DNA from: Octopus sinensis
Lineage: Eukaryota
Assembly: GCF_006345805.1 (NCBI RefSeq)
Contig: NC_042998.1
Location: 29,915,001 to 29,948,000, forward strand
Direction: 5' to 3'
Length of the DNA: 33,000 bases
Below are positions 13,497 to 24,444 of the stretch, in pieces. Made by a program: the position numbers and the translations under genes. The notes under the pieces are model-generated. The model was not told the DNA's origin. It made no database searches and was given only the letters and a program-made list of their open reading frames with translations. Position 1 is the first letter of the stretch. Each line of letters opens with the position of its first letter.

Positions 13497-13914
13497 TACT
13501 CTTTGCTCTTTACGCTTTTACTTGTTTCAGTCATTTGACTGCGGCCATGCTGGAGCACCGCCTTTAGTCGAGCAAATCGACCCCGGGACTTATTCTTTGT
13601 AAGCCCAGTACTTATTATATCGGGCTCTTTTGCCGAACCGCTAGGTGACGGGGACGTAAACACACCAGCATCGGTTGTCAAGCAATGCTAGGGGGACAAA
13701 CATAGTCACACAAACATATAACACACACTTATATATATATATACATATATACGCAGGCTTCTTTCAGTTTCCGTCTACCAAATCCACTCACAAGGCATTG
13801 GTCGGCCTGGGGCTATAGCAGAAGACACTTGCCCAAGATGCCACGTAGTGGGACTGAACCCAGAACCATGTGGTTGGTTAGCAAGCTACTTACCACACAG
13901 CCACTCCTTCGCCT
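13497..13914 (-). mobile_element. Full-length tRNA-derived CORE-like SINE (family B) with internal microsatellite and LINE-like tail
   Basis: Head 'ggagtggctgtgtggtaag...ggttcagtccc' (A/B-box-like), core 'ggcatcttgggcaagtgtctt', internal (TA/TG)n, tail 'ggcggtgctccagcatggccgcagtcaaatgactgaaacaagtaaaag' ending in short (aaagag) repeats. Confidence 0.9.
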
Positions 13915-13928
13915 ATATAATAAATGAG

Positions 13929-14175
13929 CCCTTTTAAAGCCTAGCCGGCTCAAAGGCCCGGCTCAAAGGCCCGGTTTCTCGGTTTCAATAACGTATGTGT
14001 TCTCCAAGCTGGACGGGACGCCAGTCCATCGCAGCGTTACTCATTTTTGCCAGCTGAGTGGACTGGACCAACGTGAAATGAAGTGTTTTGCTCAAGAACA
14101 CAGCGCCTCGCCCGGTCCAGGAATCGAAACCACAATCTTACGATCATGATGCTGACACCCTAACCACTAAGCCAT
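13929..14175 (-). mobile_element. tRNA-derived SINE (family D): family-A-like head and core with a different tail
   Basis: Head 'tggcttagtggttagggtg...ggtttcgattcctgg', core 'gtgttcttgagcaaaacacttcatttcacgttggtccagtccactcagctggcaaaaatgagt' shared with family A, then 'gctgcgatggactggcgtcccgtccag'. 13-bp tandem duplication ccggctcaaaggc x2 at 13945-13970. Confidence 0.8.
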
Positions 14176-14235
14176 ATATATATATGTATGTATGTGTGTG
14201 TGTATGTATGTATGTATGTATGTATGTATGTATGT

Positions 14236-14586
14236 GACATCACCTCTAACATCTGGCCACCAAATTCCCCGACTGCAATCCCCTTGATTTATTATGTGTG
14301 GGGCACAGTTGAGCGAGAAACCAACAAATCTTGTAACACCAAAAATGAACTGACGGCAGGAATTATGGCAGCATTTACCAACTTGAACAAGGAGACCGTC
14401 CAGAAGAGTTGCAGGTGATTCTGAAGTCGTCTGGAGGCTGTCGTTGAAGCCAAAGGTGATTTTATTGAATAATTTTACTCTTTAATATTTCAAAATATTT
14501 CTTGTAACTTTGGTAAATGTATCAGTTAAAATGAAATTTCAGTGTTATTTTCATCTTTGTGTAATTCAGACGACAATATATTCACC
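14236..14586 (+). mobile_element. Tc1/mariner-superfamily transposon 3' remnant (DDD-type, maT/DD37D-like transposase C-terminus)
   Basis: Reads IWPPNSP/(frameshift)DCNPLDYYVWGTVERETNK...LEAVVEAKGDFIE*. WPPxSPDxNPLD carries the third catalytic residue (D rather than E). Internal stops and a 1-nt deletion. Confidence 0.85.
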
Positions 14587-14650
14587 AATGGAGTTCAATT
14601 GATATTCCAAATATTTACAATAACATACATGTTATAGTATTTCCAATACA

Positions 14651-15045
14651 TCTATATATATAAAACTGTAGTTGTGTGAGTGTCTGTCCCCTTCGATTTT
14701 GATTCCTAACTACTCCCACATTTTGCGGTGCAGTTTAACCAAAACAGGGTATCTTATATTCGTGATTCATATCGAGCCCTTCCGGGTATTAGCGCGCGTC
14801 TACGATGAGTCTACGATTTTAAAAATAATTTACCATCATTTTTTTCCATTTTCATGCATATTTTTTTAAAGGGAAGTAACTCTCTAAAAATGTCTACGAT
14901 GAGTCAACGATTTAAAAAAAAAATTTGATATCATATTTTTTCCATTTTTAATGCATTTTTTTGCTATTTAATGGCTATAACTCTCTAAAAATGCTGTATA
15001 GTTATTTTCCTTACAAACCCGAGCAACGCCGGGCGATACTGCTAG
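14651..15045 (+). mobile_element. Complete non-autonomous Helitron (395 bp)
   Basis: Sits between A(14650) and T(15046). 5' end TCTATATATATAAAA; 3' hairpin CCCGAGCAACGCCGGG (15018-15033) 8 nt before terminal CTAG (15042-15045); no TSD; internal ~94-bp tandem duplication (14798-14891, 14892-14993). Confidence 0.88.
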
Positions 15046-15296
15046 TTTAAATATAAATAAAATAACCATAAGGAGCAAATATAACAAAATAATGTTGGGA
15101 ATATCCTTCTTCTAACCGAAATTTTTCCTCACATTTTTGGCTCGCTAAGGATGCCAGAAACATCACTTGTATCGTTCTTACCAATGGAGTGGACGACGGG
15201 CAAAGTGTATGGACTTACATTCTGTCTGTCTCTGTCCTTCTCTCTCTCTCTTTATCTCTCTTTCTGATGAATATTTAGGGAAGAATATAACGAAAT

Positions 15297-15631
15297 TTTT
15301 TTTTCCAATCTTTACTCCGTCGGTTACGACGACGAGGGTCCCAGCTGATACGATCAACGGAACAGCTTGCTCGTGGAATTAACGTGCAAGTGACTGAGCA
15401 ATCCACAGACACGAGTACACTTAACGTAGTTCTCAGGGAGATTCAGCGTGACACAGAGTGTGACAAGGCTGGCCCTTTGAAATACAGGTACAACTCATTT
15501 TTGCCAGCTGAGTGGACTGGAGCAACGTGAAATAAAGTGTCTTGCGCAAGGACACAACGCATCGCCGGTAATCCAACTCACGACCTTACAATCGTCATCC
15601 GAATGCCCTAACCACTAAGCCATGCGCCTTC
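15297..15631 (-). mobile_element. Full-length tRNA-derived CORE-type SINE (family A) with short poly(A) and 12-bp TSD
   Basis: Head 'gaaggcgcatggcttagtggttagggcattcgg...gtcgtgagttggattacc'; core 'gtgtccttgcgcaagacactttatttcacgttgctccagtccactcagctgg'; 3' end 'gtcgtaaccgacggagt' plus A-run. TSD atataacgaaat at 15285-15296 and 15632-15643. Confidence 0.92.
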
Positions 15632-16959
15632 ATATAACGAAATACCAGAGGCACAGCAAAAATATAGCTTTCTCGAAGCGCTATATATTTGTTATTCTCA
15701 ATGGACTTCAATATATTTAACGCATAAATTCCTATTTCAGTAAAATTGTTCCCTACTTACAACCCACTTTACAGAGTTCATTTTAACACACGCTATAGAG
15801 ATTAGGATAATTTATAGATCTGTTTAAGAAGCTAATATTAGTACAAGGCCTACCTTTTTCAAATGGTTATAAGTGATTAAATCGCCACAGTACATTGCTA
15901 TATTTCAATTTATCGATCACGGAAAAATGTAAACACAAATTTTATTTCCATTAGCTGATTTGAACCCAGAACCTAAAGGGTCGTAAGAAAACATAGCAGG
16001 CCTTATTTTCTAACGAGTTTGCTAAATTACTGATTATATTCTCCGTAAATATTATAATGAGAGACAAAGCATTTTAAGTAGGAGCCAATGAGATTTTTTT
16101 ATTTGCTGAGAATAGCAACTAAAGGAGAAAAAAAAACCATTCAATATTGTAGTCATGGATACCACGGCCATATCTACTTGATCTGAATATAGGACTATGC
16201 ATCAAGGACATCAATATGGCTGCCGATGAAGAGTAGAGTAAGTTGAAGGAACGTTAAAGTGAGTAAGGTCACAGAGTAAGAGAATATAAACTATACATGA
16301 ATACCTTGGCCGATCGTCACTAAAGCACGACAACAGCATTGCTTATAGAAATGTGTGCATCGTCCTTGTAATATTTAATAGCACTTCACCTTTCAATGCT
16401 GTTCTCCAAGCAACATTGAAAATATCACCATCTGATCATAATCTCATTACTCCAATTGTTTTGGAGTAATGCTATATTATTCCAGTTGTTTTGATAGGCT
16501 GGAAAATGTGTTTCAGGTATATTATATTCTGTTTGTTTCGCACTTTCTCTCTTACACGAAAGAGCATTCGTTTGTTCGCGCGAGATATACTAAATGTGGC
16601 AGCCGAGTCTCCATTAGACTACATTTTACTGTCTGCATTAAAATAAATAAATAAGTAAACCACTGCAGCATTAGATAATATAACTATAAATAGGTTAATA
16701 TGGAACGAAAAAAAGACGTGATTGAAACAGCTTGCAGATCTATGTCTAAGCAACAACAATAGCAAGGTAGCAACACATCAAATAGTAAAGAAAATACAAA
16801 TTACAGCGGAACAGAAGTAAAAATAATTTAAAAAATACTACAAATAAGTTAACTTTAGTATCAAAGCACATAGTTGCAGATGAGTTAGAGAGAAAGTGTG
16901 CTGGCGTAAATGTGATTTAATATATAAAAAATGATGTATGCGTATCTGGTTGGATGCGT

Positions 16960-17600
16960 GTATGCATGTCTGTGTATGTATGCATGTATATATGTATGTA
17001 TTCATGTATATATGTATGTCATTATTTAGTTTTATTTCAAGATTTACTAAAGAGCTGGTCTCTAGTATGTAAGTAGGTATGTATAGGTATGTATGCATGC
17101 ATAGGTATATATACGTATATATGTATGTGTATGTATGTATGCATAGGTATATATGTATGTATACGTATATATGTATGTATGCATGTATGCATAGGTATGT
17201 ATATATGTATGTATACGTATATATGTATGTATACGTATATAGGTATGTATGTATGCTGCATAGGTATGTATGTATGCATAGGCATATATGTATACGTATA
17301 TAGGTATGTATGTATGCATAGGTATGTATGTATGTATACGTATATATGTATGCATAGGTATATATGTATACGTATATATGTATGCATGTATGCATAGGTA
17401 TGTATGTATGTATGCATAGATATATATGTATACGTATATAGGTATGTATGTATGCATAGTTATGTATGTATGCATAGGTTTGTATATATGCATAGATATG
17501 TATGTATGTATGCATAGGTATATATGTATGTATACGTATATTTGTATGTATGTATAGGTATGTATGTATTTATGTAGGTATGTATGTATTTATGTATGTG
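16960..17600. repeat. Cryptic minisatellite built from TATG with alternating GCATAGG and ATACGTA motifs
   Basis: Repeated 'tatgcataggtatatatgtatacgtatata'-like units. Confidence 0.85.
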
Positions 17601-17904
17601 CATATGAGTTTTGAAGATATTGTTTTCAAGATATTGTCTGGAATCTCTTTCAGAAAGGATAATATTACGACCAGCCATATGAAAATATTCACACCCTCAT
17701 ATTAGTTTTCTTAGACGCTTCAGATTGTGTTGCGGTCGGTGTAAGTCTCTTTATGATGTTTACATTACAACACTTAGAAGTTTTGTATTTATTTATGGAA
17801 TTGACACCATATTTTACTCCAATTTTAAACAAAGCTTTGATTCTAAACCATGTACAAGTTTTTCCTAGTAGTATCATAAGCAAGAATATATATAATATAG
17901 AAAC

Positions 17905-18427
17905 TTCATAGTATGGTAAAATATTTGCTTCCCAACCAAACACATAGTTTCAGATTTAGTCCCACTGCGTGGCACTTTAGGTTGTTGCTTTCGACTATAG
18001 CCCTTGGCCGACCAAAGAGTTGTAAGTGGATTTAGTACACAGAAACTGAAGGCGCGTCGTATGTATGTATGTATGTATGTATGTATGTATGTACGTATGT
18101 ACGTATGTATGTATGTACGTATGTATGTACGTACGTACGTACGAGTATAGCAGTCGTTGTCTGGAAGCTCTTTCAGAGAGGATAATATTACGACCAGCCA
18201 TATGAAATATATAGACAGATGTGTGTGTGTGTTTGTCACCCCACCAACGCTTAGAAACTGGTGATAGTTTGTTTATGTCCCCGTGACTTATCAGTTTGGC
18301 AAAAAAAAGGAGCATCGGAATAAATGCCAGATTTTTCAAAAATAAGTCCTGGGATCGAATTGTTCAACTGACCCCTTTAAGGGTATGCCCCAGCATGGCT
18401 GCAGTCTGATGATTGAAACCAATAAAA
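17905..18427 (+). mobile_element. Diverged family B SINE with expanded internal microsatellite
   Basis: 'agtcccactgcgtggcac...ctatagcccttggccgaccaaag...gtggattt' head and core, (TATG/TACG)n at 18060-18145, tail 'gccccagcatggctgcagtctgatgattgaaac'. Confidence 0.8.
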
Positions 18428-18430
18428 TAT

Positions 18431-18577
18431 CTATACCATTTTGTTTGTGCGGAGAACCTGTAAGATACTCACGTAATTGGCAAATCGATTATTACCGACC
18501 TGGGCATTTCGATTTTCGTGTGACTTCATATGATTCACATATCCTGCTTTTGACGACAGGACATGATCACACACACA
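18431..18577 (-). mobile_element. C2H2 zinc-finger-like coding remnant, probably the C-terminus of a LINE ORF2 (RTE-like), truncated by (TG)n
   Basis: Reads (V)[18 protein letters not shown], matching the C-x12-H-x3-H half of a C2H2 finger. Upstream sequence is replaced by microsatellite. Confidence 0.4.
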
Positions 18578-18608
<31 letters not shown>

Positions 18609-18636
18609 CACACACACCACACACACACCACACACA

Positions 18637-18673
<37 letters not shown>

Positions 18674-18679
18674 CATACA

Positions 18680-18719
<40 letters not shown>

Positions 18720-18840
18720 CATTAATATATATATAGATATATATATATATACATACATAAATATATATATATATATATATATACATACATCAATATATAT
18801 ATATATAATATATATATATATATATACACATACACACACC
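18568..18840. repeat. (CA)n/(TA)n compound microsatellite
   Basis: Direct reading. Confidence 0.95.
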
Positions 18841-19139
18841 TATATCTGTCTTATGTGTACATAGCTATATAAATGCGTAAAGATGTGTGATAGATCTATA
18901 TATGAATATAATTAAGTGTACACGCATGTTTTATCAAGTCAAAGTATGTCAATGTATTCAGGGTCTTGCCCTATGTTGAGATCTTTACGTTAGTGATGAA
19001 CGGTCCAGCCCCAGAGCAGAAGCTCTAAGTATTTTCGATACAGTAAACGTGTTTATCCACTCTACGTGGTGGATTCAATTCTGTGTCAGCGATTCTATCC
19101 AAGGGAAAGGCAAAAGCTGATACAGCTTGGGACCAGTGA

Positions 19140-19268
19140 CATGAACTGGAGCAACGTGAAATAAAGTGTTTTGCTCAAGAACATAACACGCAACCCGATC
19201 CGGGAATCGAACTCACAACCTCACGATCGTAAGCACGATGCTCTAACCACTGAGCCATGCGCCTTCAC
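19140..19268 (-). mobile_element. SINE head and core fragment (family A/D type)
   Basis: 'actggagcaacgtgaaataaagtgttttgctcaagaacataac...gggaatcgaactc...ctaaccactgagccatgcgccttca'. Confidence 0.85.
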
Positions 19269-20487
19269 ACACACACAAACATATGTATGTATGTGTGTAT
19301 GTATGTATGTGTGTGTGTGCGTGTGTGTATATATATATATATATATTGAGAGAGTGAGAGAGAGGTGTATATATGTACGTATGTATGATGTATACTTAGA
19401 CATACACATGGATGTATGGATTGAGGGAATGAAGGGGAATGAGAAAGATGTTTGCACAAATGAAGTTAAGTATTGACAGTTTATTTTGTTTATATGGGGG
19501 AAGGGTTCCTGTAGTGAGACAAACACTCAGCCACCTATAATAATTTTATGTGAACAGGCATCTGAATTGCATATGATTAATCTGCAAAAGTAAGCAGTCA
19601 TTGTTTAAATAAGGCTACTTCATTTCATCATGCCGAGCTTCTTCCAATATTAGACTGATATATGTCTTAATTGTTGGCGTGGTTTTATTCCACTTGCTGT
19701 TCTGTTTTATGAGGCGACGGGGTTTATGAGGATTTGGGGGAAATTATGCTGGAATACTTTTAATCTCATTATCACCGCATTTTCTATTTTACGGATTTCC
19801 ATTCCGGTACTATTGCCTATTTGCAATTTCATGTTTGTTTACCTACATCTGTACTATTTCATGCCTCACTAAGAAATGCTATTTCCTATCTAGGGAATCA
19901 TAGATTTATTTTGTAAATGTTGTTATTTTACATGTACATGCTCTACACAAACTATGCATTGCATGCTTCCGGGAAAATGGTTGCTTGCGTGAATACATAT
20001 AATATTTGAGTTTGATGGATTTTCAAAATCCAATTTCTAATCTTAGATATTCAATGAGGTTTGAACATGCAACGCTATAAACCATACCATGCATATAATT
20101 TTCTATCGAAATATGTTTGCTTATTCGACATACAAGCAATTTCTGTTGGCACTCAATTGCTTAAATATGTATGGATGCTTCCAATATGAGCTGCCTAAAT
20201 ATTTTCCGTGAAGGCAGATGTTTATTGCGTATGATTCAGCCATCCATTAAGGTCAGCAGTAACACACGAGGCAAATAAATAAATCAGTGGTCCCATTGCA
20301 ATAAAAAGCATGTAAAGCGAACGTCAAAAGAAATTCAACCTTTATAAAATATATGCTGAATATATTTCTATATAAGGATAAAATCTTTATTTGAATAACG
20401 ATCAAATCAAGTGGGAGCATGGGAAGAAAAACACCTTACAGTATATAATTATTAACATTACCCTTTGATACCCTTATTTATAACTTT

Positions 20488-20523
<36 letters not shown>

Positions 20524-20794
20524 TATCTCAAGAAGTATATACACCCCTAAAATATTTCAATAAAATTACCATTTATGGCGCATATTAACCAAAATAGGGA
20601 TATTTGCCTGGTTCGCTTAACCGGTCACTGTTTCGATTTGAAGTAATTTCTTTTAATATTGTTATCAATACAAAAATACTGTAACAGCAAATTATTTCTA
20701 CTATAGATAGTTTGATTATTATTAGAGCATCGTGATCACGAGTAAAAAAAAATTAATGCTTTCGTTAATATTGTATGAACTTGTGAGTCTGACA

Positions 20795-20988
20795 TAATAG
20801 TTAGCACGGCGGGTAAAATGCATAGCGGCATTTCGTTCGTGTTTAAGTTCTGAGTTCACATGCCACCGAAGTCGACTTTGCTTTTTATTCTTTTGGGGTC
20901 GGTGAAATAAGTACCAGTGGAGCACTGGGGTCTATCTAGTCGAATTAATCCCCTCCTCTGAAATTGGTGTCCCTGTGACAAAATTTGA
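20795..20988 (+). mobile_element. Diverged Meta-type SINE (family C)
   Basis: 'gttctgagttcacatgccaccgaagtcgactttgctttttattcttttggggtcggtgaaataagtaccag' matches the family C copies at 27790-28371. Confidence 0.8.
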
Positions 20989-21059
20989 AATTTTATATAA
21001 ACATATTATAACTAGATATGGATATGATTAACGATAAATAAAATAAAAGCGCTTAAGAT

Positions 21060-21159
21060 NNNNNNNNNNNNNNNNNNNNNNNNNNNNNNNNNNNNNNNNN
21101 NNNNNNNNNNNNNNNNNNNNNNNNNNNNNNNNNNNNNNNNNNNNNNNNNNNNNNNNNNN
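21060..21159. other. Assembly gap (exactly 100 N)
   Basis: 100 consecutive N; a fixed-length placeholder typical of scaffolding joins. Confidence 0.99.
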
Positions 21160-21303
21160 TCTCCTTTTACGATCCCTTTTGATCGAACTCCCCCTTCCTA
21201 TTTTTTTTTTTTTTTTTTAATACCTTCAAAAGAAAAGCTCTACCTTGTAATTTGTTCTATCTGTGTGCACCCTGTGTGGCTAATAAAGAAACATATCTAT
21301 CTA

Positions 21304-21363
<60 letters not shown>

Positions 21364-22932
21364 ATTATATATATATATATGATATGATATAATATAACGA
21401 AGGTAGTTAGAAGTGATATAAAAAAACCAAACAGAAAAAACTTCAGTTATCACTAATAATTACTCTCTTACATTGACTTTACTCCCCACTTTCGCTCAGC
21501 TTCTCACATCTTAGAACCATTTGTTTTCATATAATTAAGCCGAAGCCAGCACCAAAGTTTTATGAAGCGATCATTTTAGCTATGCAGCCCAGACCCCGTC
21601 AATATAACTGATCTGTTTCCTTCTATGATCCACAACAAAGTGGGGCAACACCTCTACTTTGTTCACTGAAACTGTGGACTCGATTCAAGGCGGATGAACT
21701 TATATGAACTTATGAAAATAAGGCTGCAACAACATATAAAGATTTGCCAAAGCTTTTATTTATAAAGAATTGTTAAAGCAGTAGTGTACTCGAAAAATAT
21801 TATGAGCAGATTATATCTTAGATTTCGTTCCATAGTTTAACTTCTGGCTACAAAATGTAGTACGTTAGAAAACTACTCTTAAAATAGAATAGGTGATATG
21901 TGCCTTGCAAAGACTATTGAGTGTACAAATGCTGCATCTAAGACTGCGCATTTAATACTACCGATCTCAGAGAAGTAAATGATCGATCGAAATGTAATTT
22001 CAAAAGAAATTATTCATTTTATGGTTCTATATAAACTTTCAATAGTCTTAGTATTTTCAAAATAACAAAATAACCATGGAATTTCTATGGGTAGTGTTTA
22101 AATATGTATGTTCGCACGTGTGTGATACATAAGCGTGTGAAAGAAGAAGAAGCGAGAGAGGGAAAGTATGTGTGTGTGAAGAAAGAGAAATCTGAGGCAA
22201 AAATCTAACGAGCGGGAGAGAGAGAGACGAATGGAGCGAAAGTTTATGGGGAAAGAGTTACATTCCGAATCAGGTGAAATATTTCTATGGTTTTTACATT
22301 AATTTAGCGCTGATATACAAACAATTCCATATCAGTACTTTGTCTTTAGCAAGCAGCTGTTTCTGTGTTTTACTCGTGAGCAAAAAGAAACAACATCACA
22401 AACAAATTACCCACAAGCACTCACTAATATACGCATACACTCATAAACATATGTCAGTATATATATATGTATTTGTGTGTGCCTGTGTATTATGATATGT
22501 CTAGACCAGCAGCATGTCTTGCTTCGCAACTAACATACAAAAATGCCAGCAGAAAGATCACTATTTATCTTCGCTAGAAAAATAAAATTCTGCCAGCGCT
22601 TTGTTCATATTTTGTTTATCGCAGCCCCAGGTGTTCGTGATTGATTCTCACAGAATATTCAGGATCAATAAAATAAACTTGTTTCATATAATTCAGATGT
22701 GAAATATATTAAAAATAAACAACTTTCAAGCTACGACTTTTGTTCACTTTTCACTATATACGCCACATGTGAATATCTGTATGTGTGTGTGTGTATGTGT
22801 GTGTGTGTGTGTGTATGTGTGAATGTAAATGCTTGTACATATGTGTTTATACACACACGCATATACATACATATATGTGTGCATGTCTGTATATATATAT
22901 TTATATAAATATATGCAGTTATACGTGTGTAA

Positions 22933-23118
22933 ATGAAAAGAAAATGGAGATATACAATTGTCAATTCAAAAATTAAAATTTATTAACATAATAAAATATA
23001 TAATAAATAATCAATATTTATTATTAATTAAAATTTATTATATTATTATAAGAATATAATATATTTATAAATTTTAAATTTTAAATTGACAATTGTATAT
23101 CTGCATCTTTCTTTTCAT
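22933..23118. repeat. Inverted repeat (~50-bp arms, 83-bp AT-rich spacer); MITE-like or cruciform-forming
   Basis: Left arm atgaaaagaaaatggagatatacaattgtcaattcaaaaattaaaatttat (22933-22983) vs reverse complement of 23067-23118, atgaaaagaaagatgcagatatacaattgtcaatttaaaatttaaaatttat. Confidence 0.9.
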
Positions 23119-23194
23119 ATTTATAAATTTACTATATAGCCATGTGAATTGTAAACTATTTCTCTACTAAACTGGGTATTAAATAGTTGAGTTA

Positions 23195-23443
23195 GTGAAA
23201 TGCATTGCAAGATGTCAGGAATGTGTTTGTAGTTAACGGAAGCTTGATATTCTTTTCTATTCTAGGCACACGGGCCGAAATTTTGGGGGAGACGGCCAGT
23301 CGATTAGATCGACCCCACTAAGCAACTGGTACTTAATTTATTGACTCCGAAAGGATGAAAGGCAAAGTCGACCTCGGCGGAATTTGAACTCAGAACGTAG
23401 CGGCAGACGAAATACCTATTAACTACTCACAAGGGGTTAAACA
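23195..23443 (-). repeat. Inverted near-identical copy of 28181-28429 (3' part of a family C SINE plus ~58 bp of unique flank)
   Basis: Base-by-base comparison: 249 bp, no indels, one mismatch (23271/28353). Confidence 0.95.
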
Positions 23444-24179
23444 CATACATACATACACACACACATACATATGTGTATGGTGTATGTGTACATGTGTGTA
23501 AATATCTGTTGGTTAACCAGAAGCGATAAATTACTGGAGTTAATCATCATCATTATCATCATCGTCGTCCTCACCGTTATCGCCGCCGTCGTCTGATGCA
23601 ATTATTATTGTTCTTGTTGATAATCTTTTTCTGCCTTGTATTTTGGTTGGCCAATACAATAAGGTACTAAGCAAAATTTGTTTTTGCTCGACCCACATGG
23701 GCAAATTTTTAAATCAAAGAACATTTTTTGAAGCATAGTAAAAGCAAAAAGATACGTCGCTTAGCAATATTTAATATAGCAAACAGCTTCGTTTCTCAAC
23801 GAATGGAAAATTCAAAACATACCCTTTTTCGAAAAGAAAATGAAATCCTTATGATAATAGAAAATTCGAATTCAAATCGGAAATTATCAACACTGTGGCG
23901 GAAATCATCTTTTGAAGTGATTAGCCCATAGTAAGTGGGCTTGAAAATCTGTACACAGCAAAAGCACATACACGATTATTTCGAAATTGTCTATATTTTC
24001 CTGATTTTTTTTGTTTTAAGTTTTACATATTTAATAAATAATTCTAAATTAAGAATATCTATCTTCAAACATTATGAACGTATCAATAGTTCTTCATATA
24101 TATATATGACGAATTTTTGGTGTTCTGGAAGCTTTAATAAAAAAGGTATATATATAAATATATATATATATATTTATAT

Positions 24180-24363
24180 TCGACGGACTTCTTTCAGTTT
24201 CCGTCTACAAATCCACTCACTTTCGCGGTCCACAATCGCACTGAAAATCCAGATAGAGCGAGGCTACAATAGAAGGCACTTGCCCAAGGTGCCACATAGT
24301 GAGACTGAACCCGGAACCATGTGGCTGGTAAACAAGCTACATACCAGATAGCCACTCCCGCAT
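24180..24363 (-). mobile_element. Family B SINE, head and core only
   Basis: 'gacggacttctttcagtttccgtctacaaatccactcac...cacttgcccaaggtgccac...gactgaacccggaaccatgtgg...gccactcccgc'. Confidence 0.85.
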
Positions 24364-24444
24364 ATATATATGTGTGTTTGTGTGTGTAATATATACATGT
24401 GTGTATATATATATCTGTGTGTGTGTGTATATATATATATATAC

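Noticed and set aside
15560-15632. tRNA-like A/B-box heads in SINEs
   Set aside because: No complete cloverleaf, and each continues into SINE body; not tRNA genes.
19705-19815. Possible minus-strand terminal exon NSTGMEIRKIENAVIMRLKVFQHNFPQILINPVAS*
   Set aside because: Purine-rich acceptor context and no homology.
22207-22221. 15-bp match aacgagcgggagaga to 30847-30861
   Set aside because: Similarity does not extend into the duplicated blocks; purine-rich low-complexity context.
23728-23948. Exon-like intervals on both strands (+ ORF ending at a gtaagt donor at 23931; minus 23823-23948 with good AG/GT)
   Set aside because: No recognisable homology, and mutually overlapping models show how easily such signals arise by chance here.
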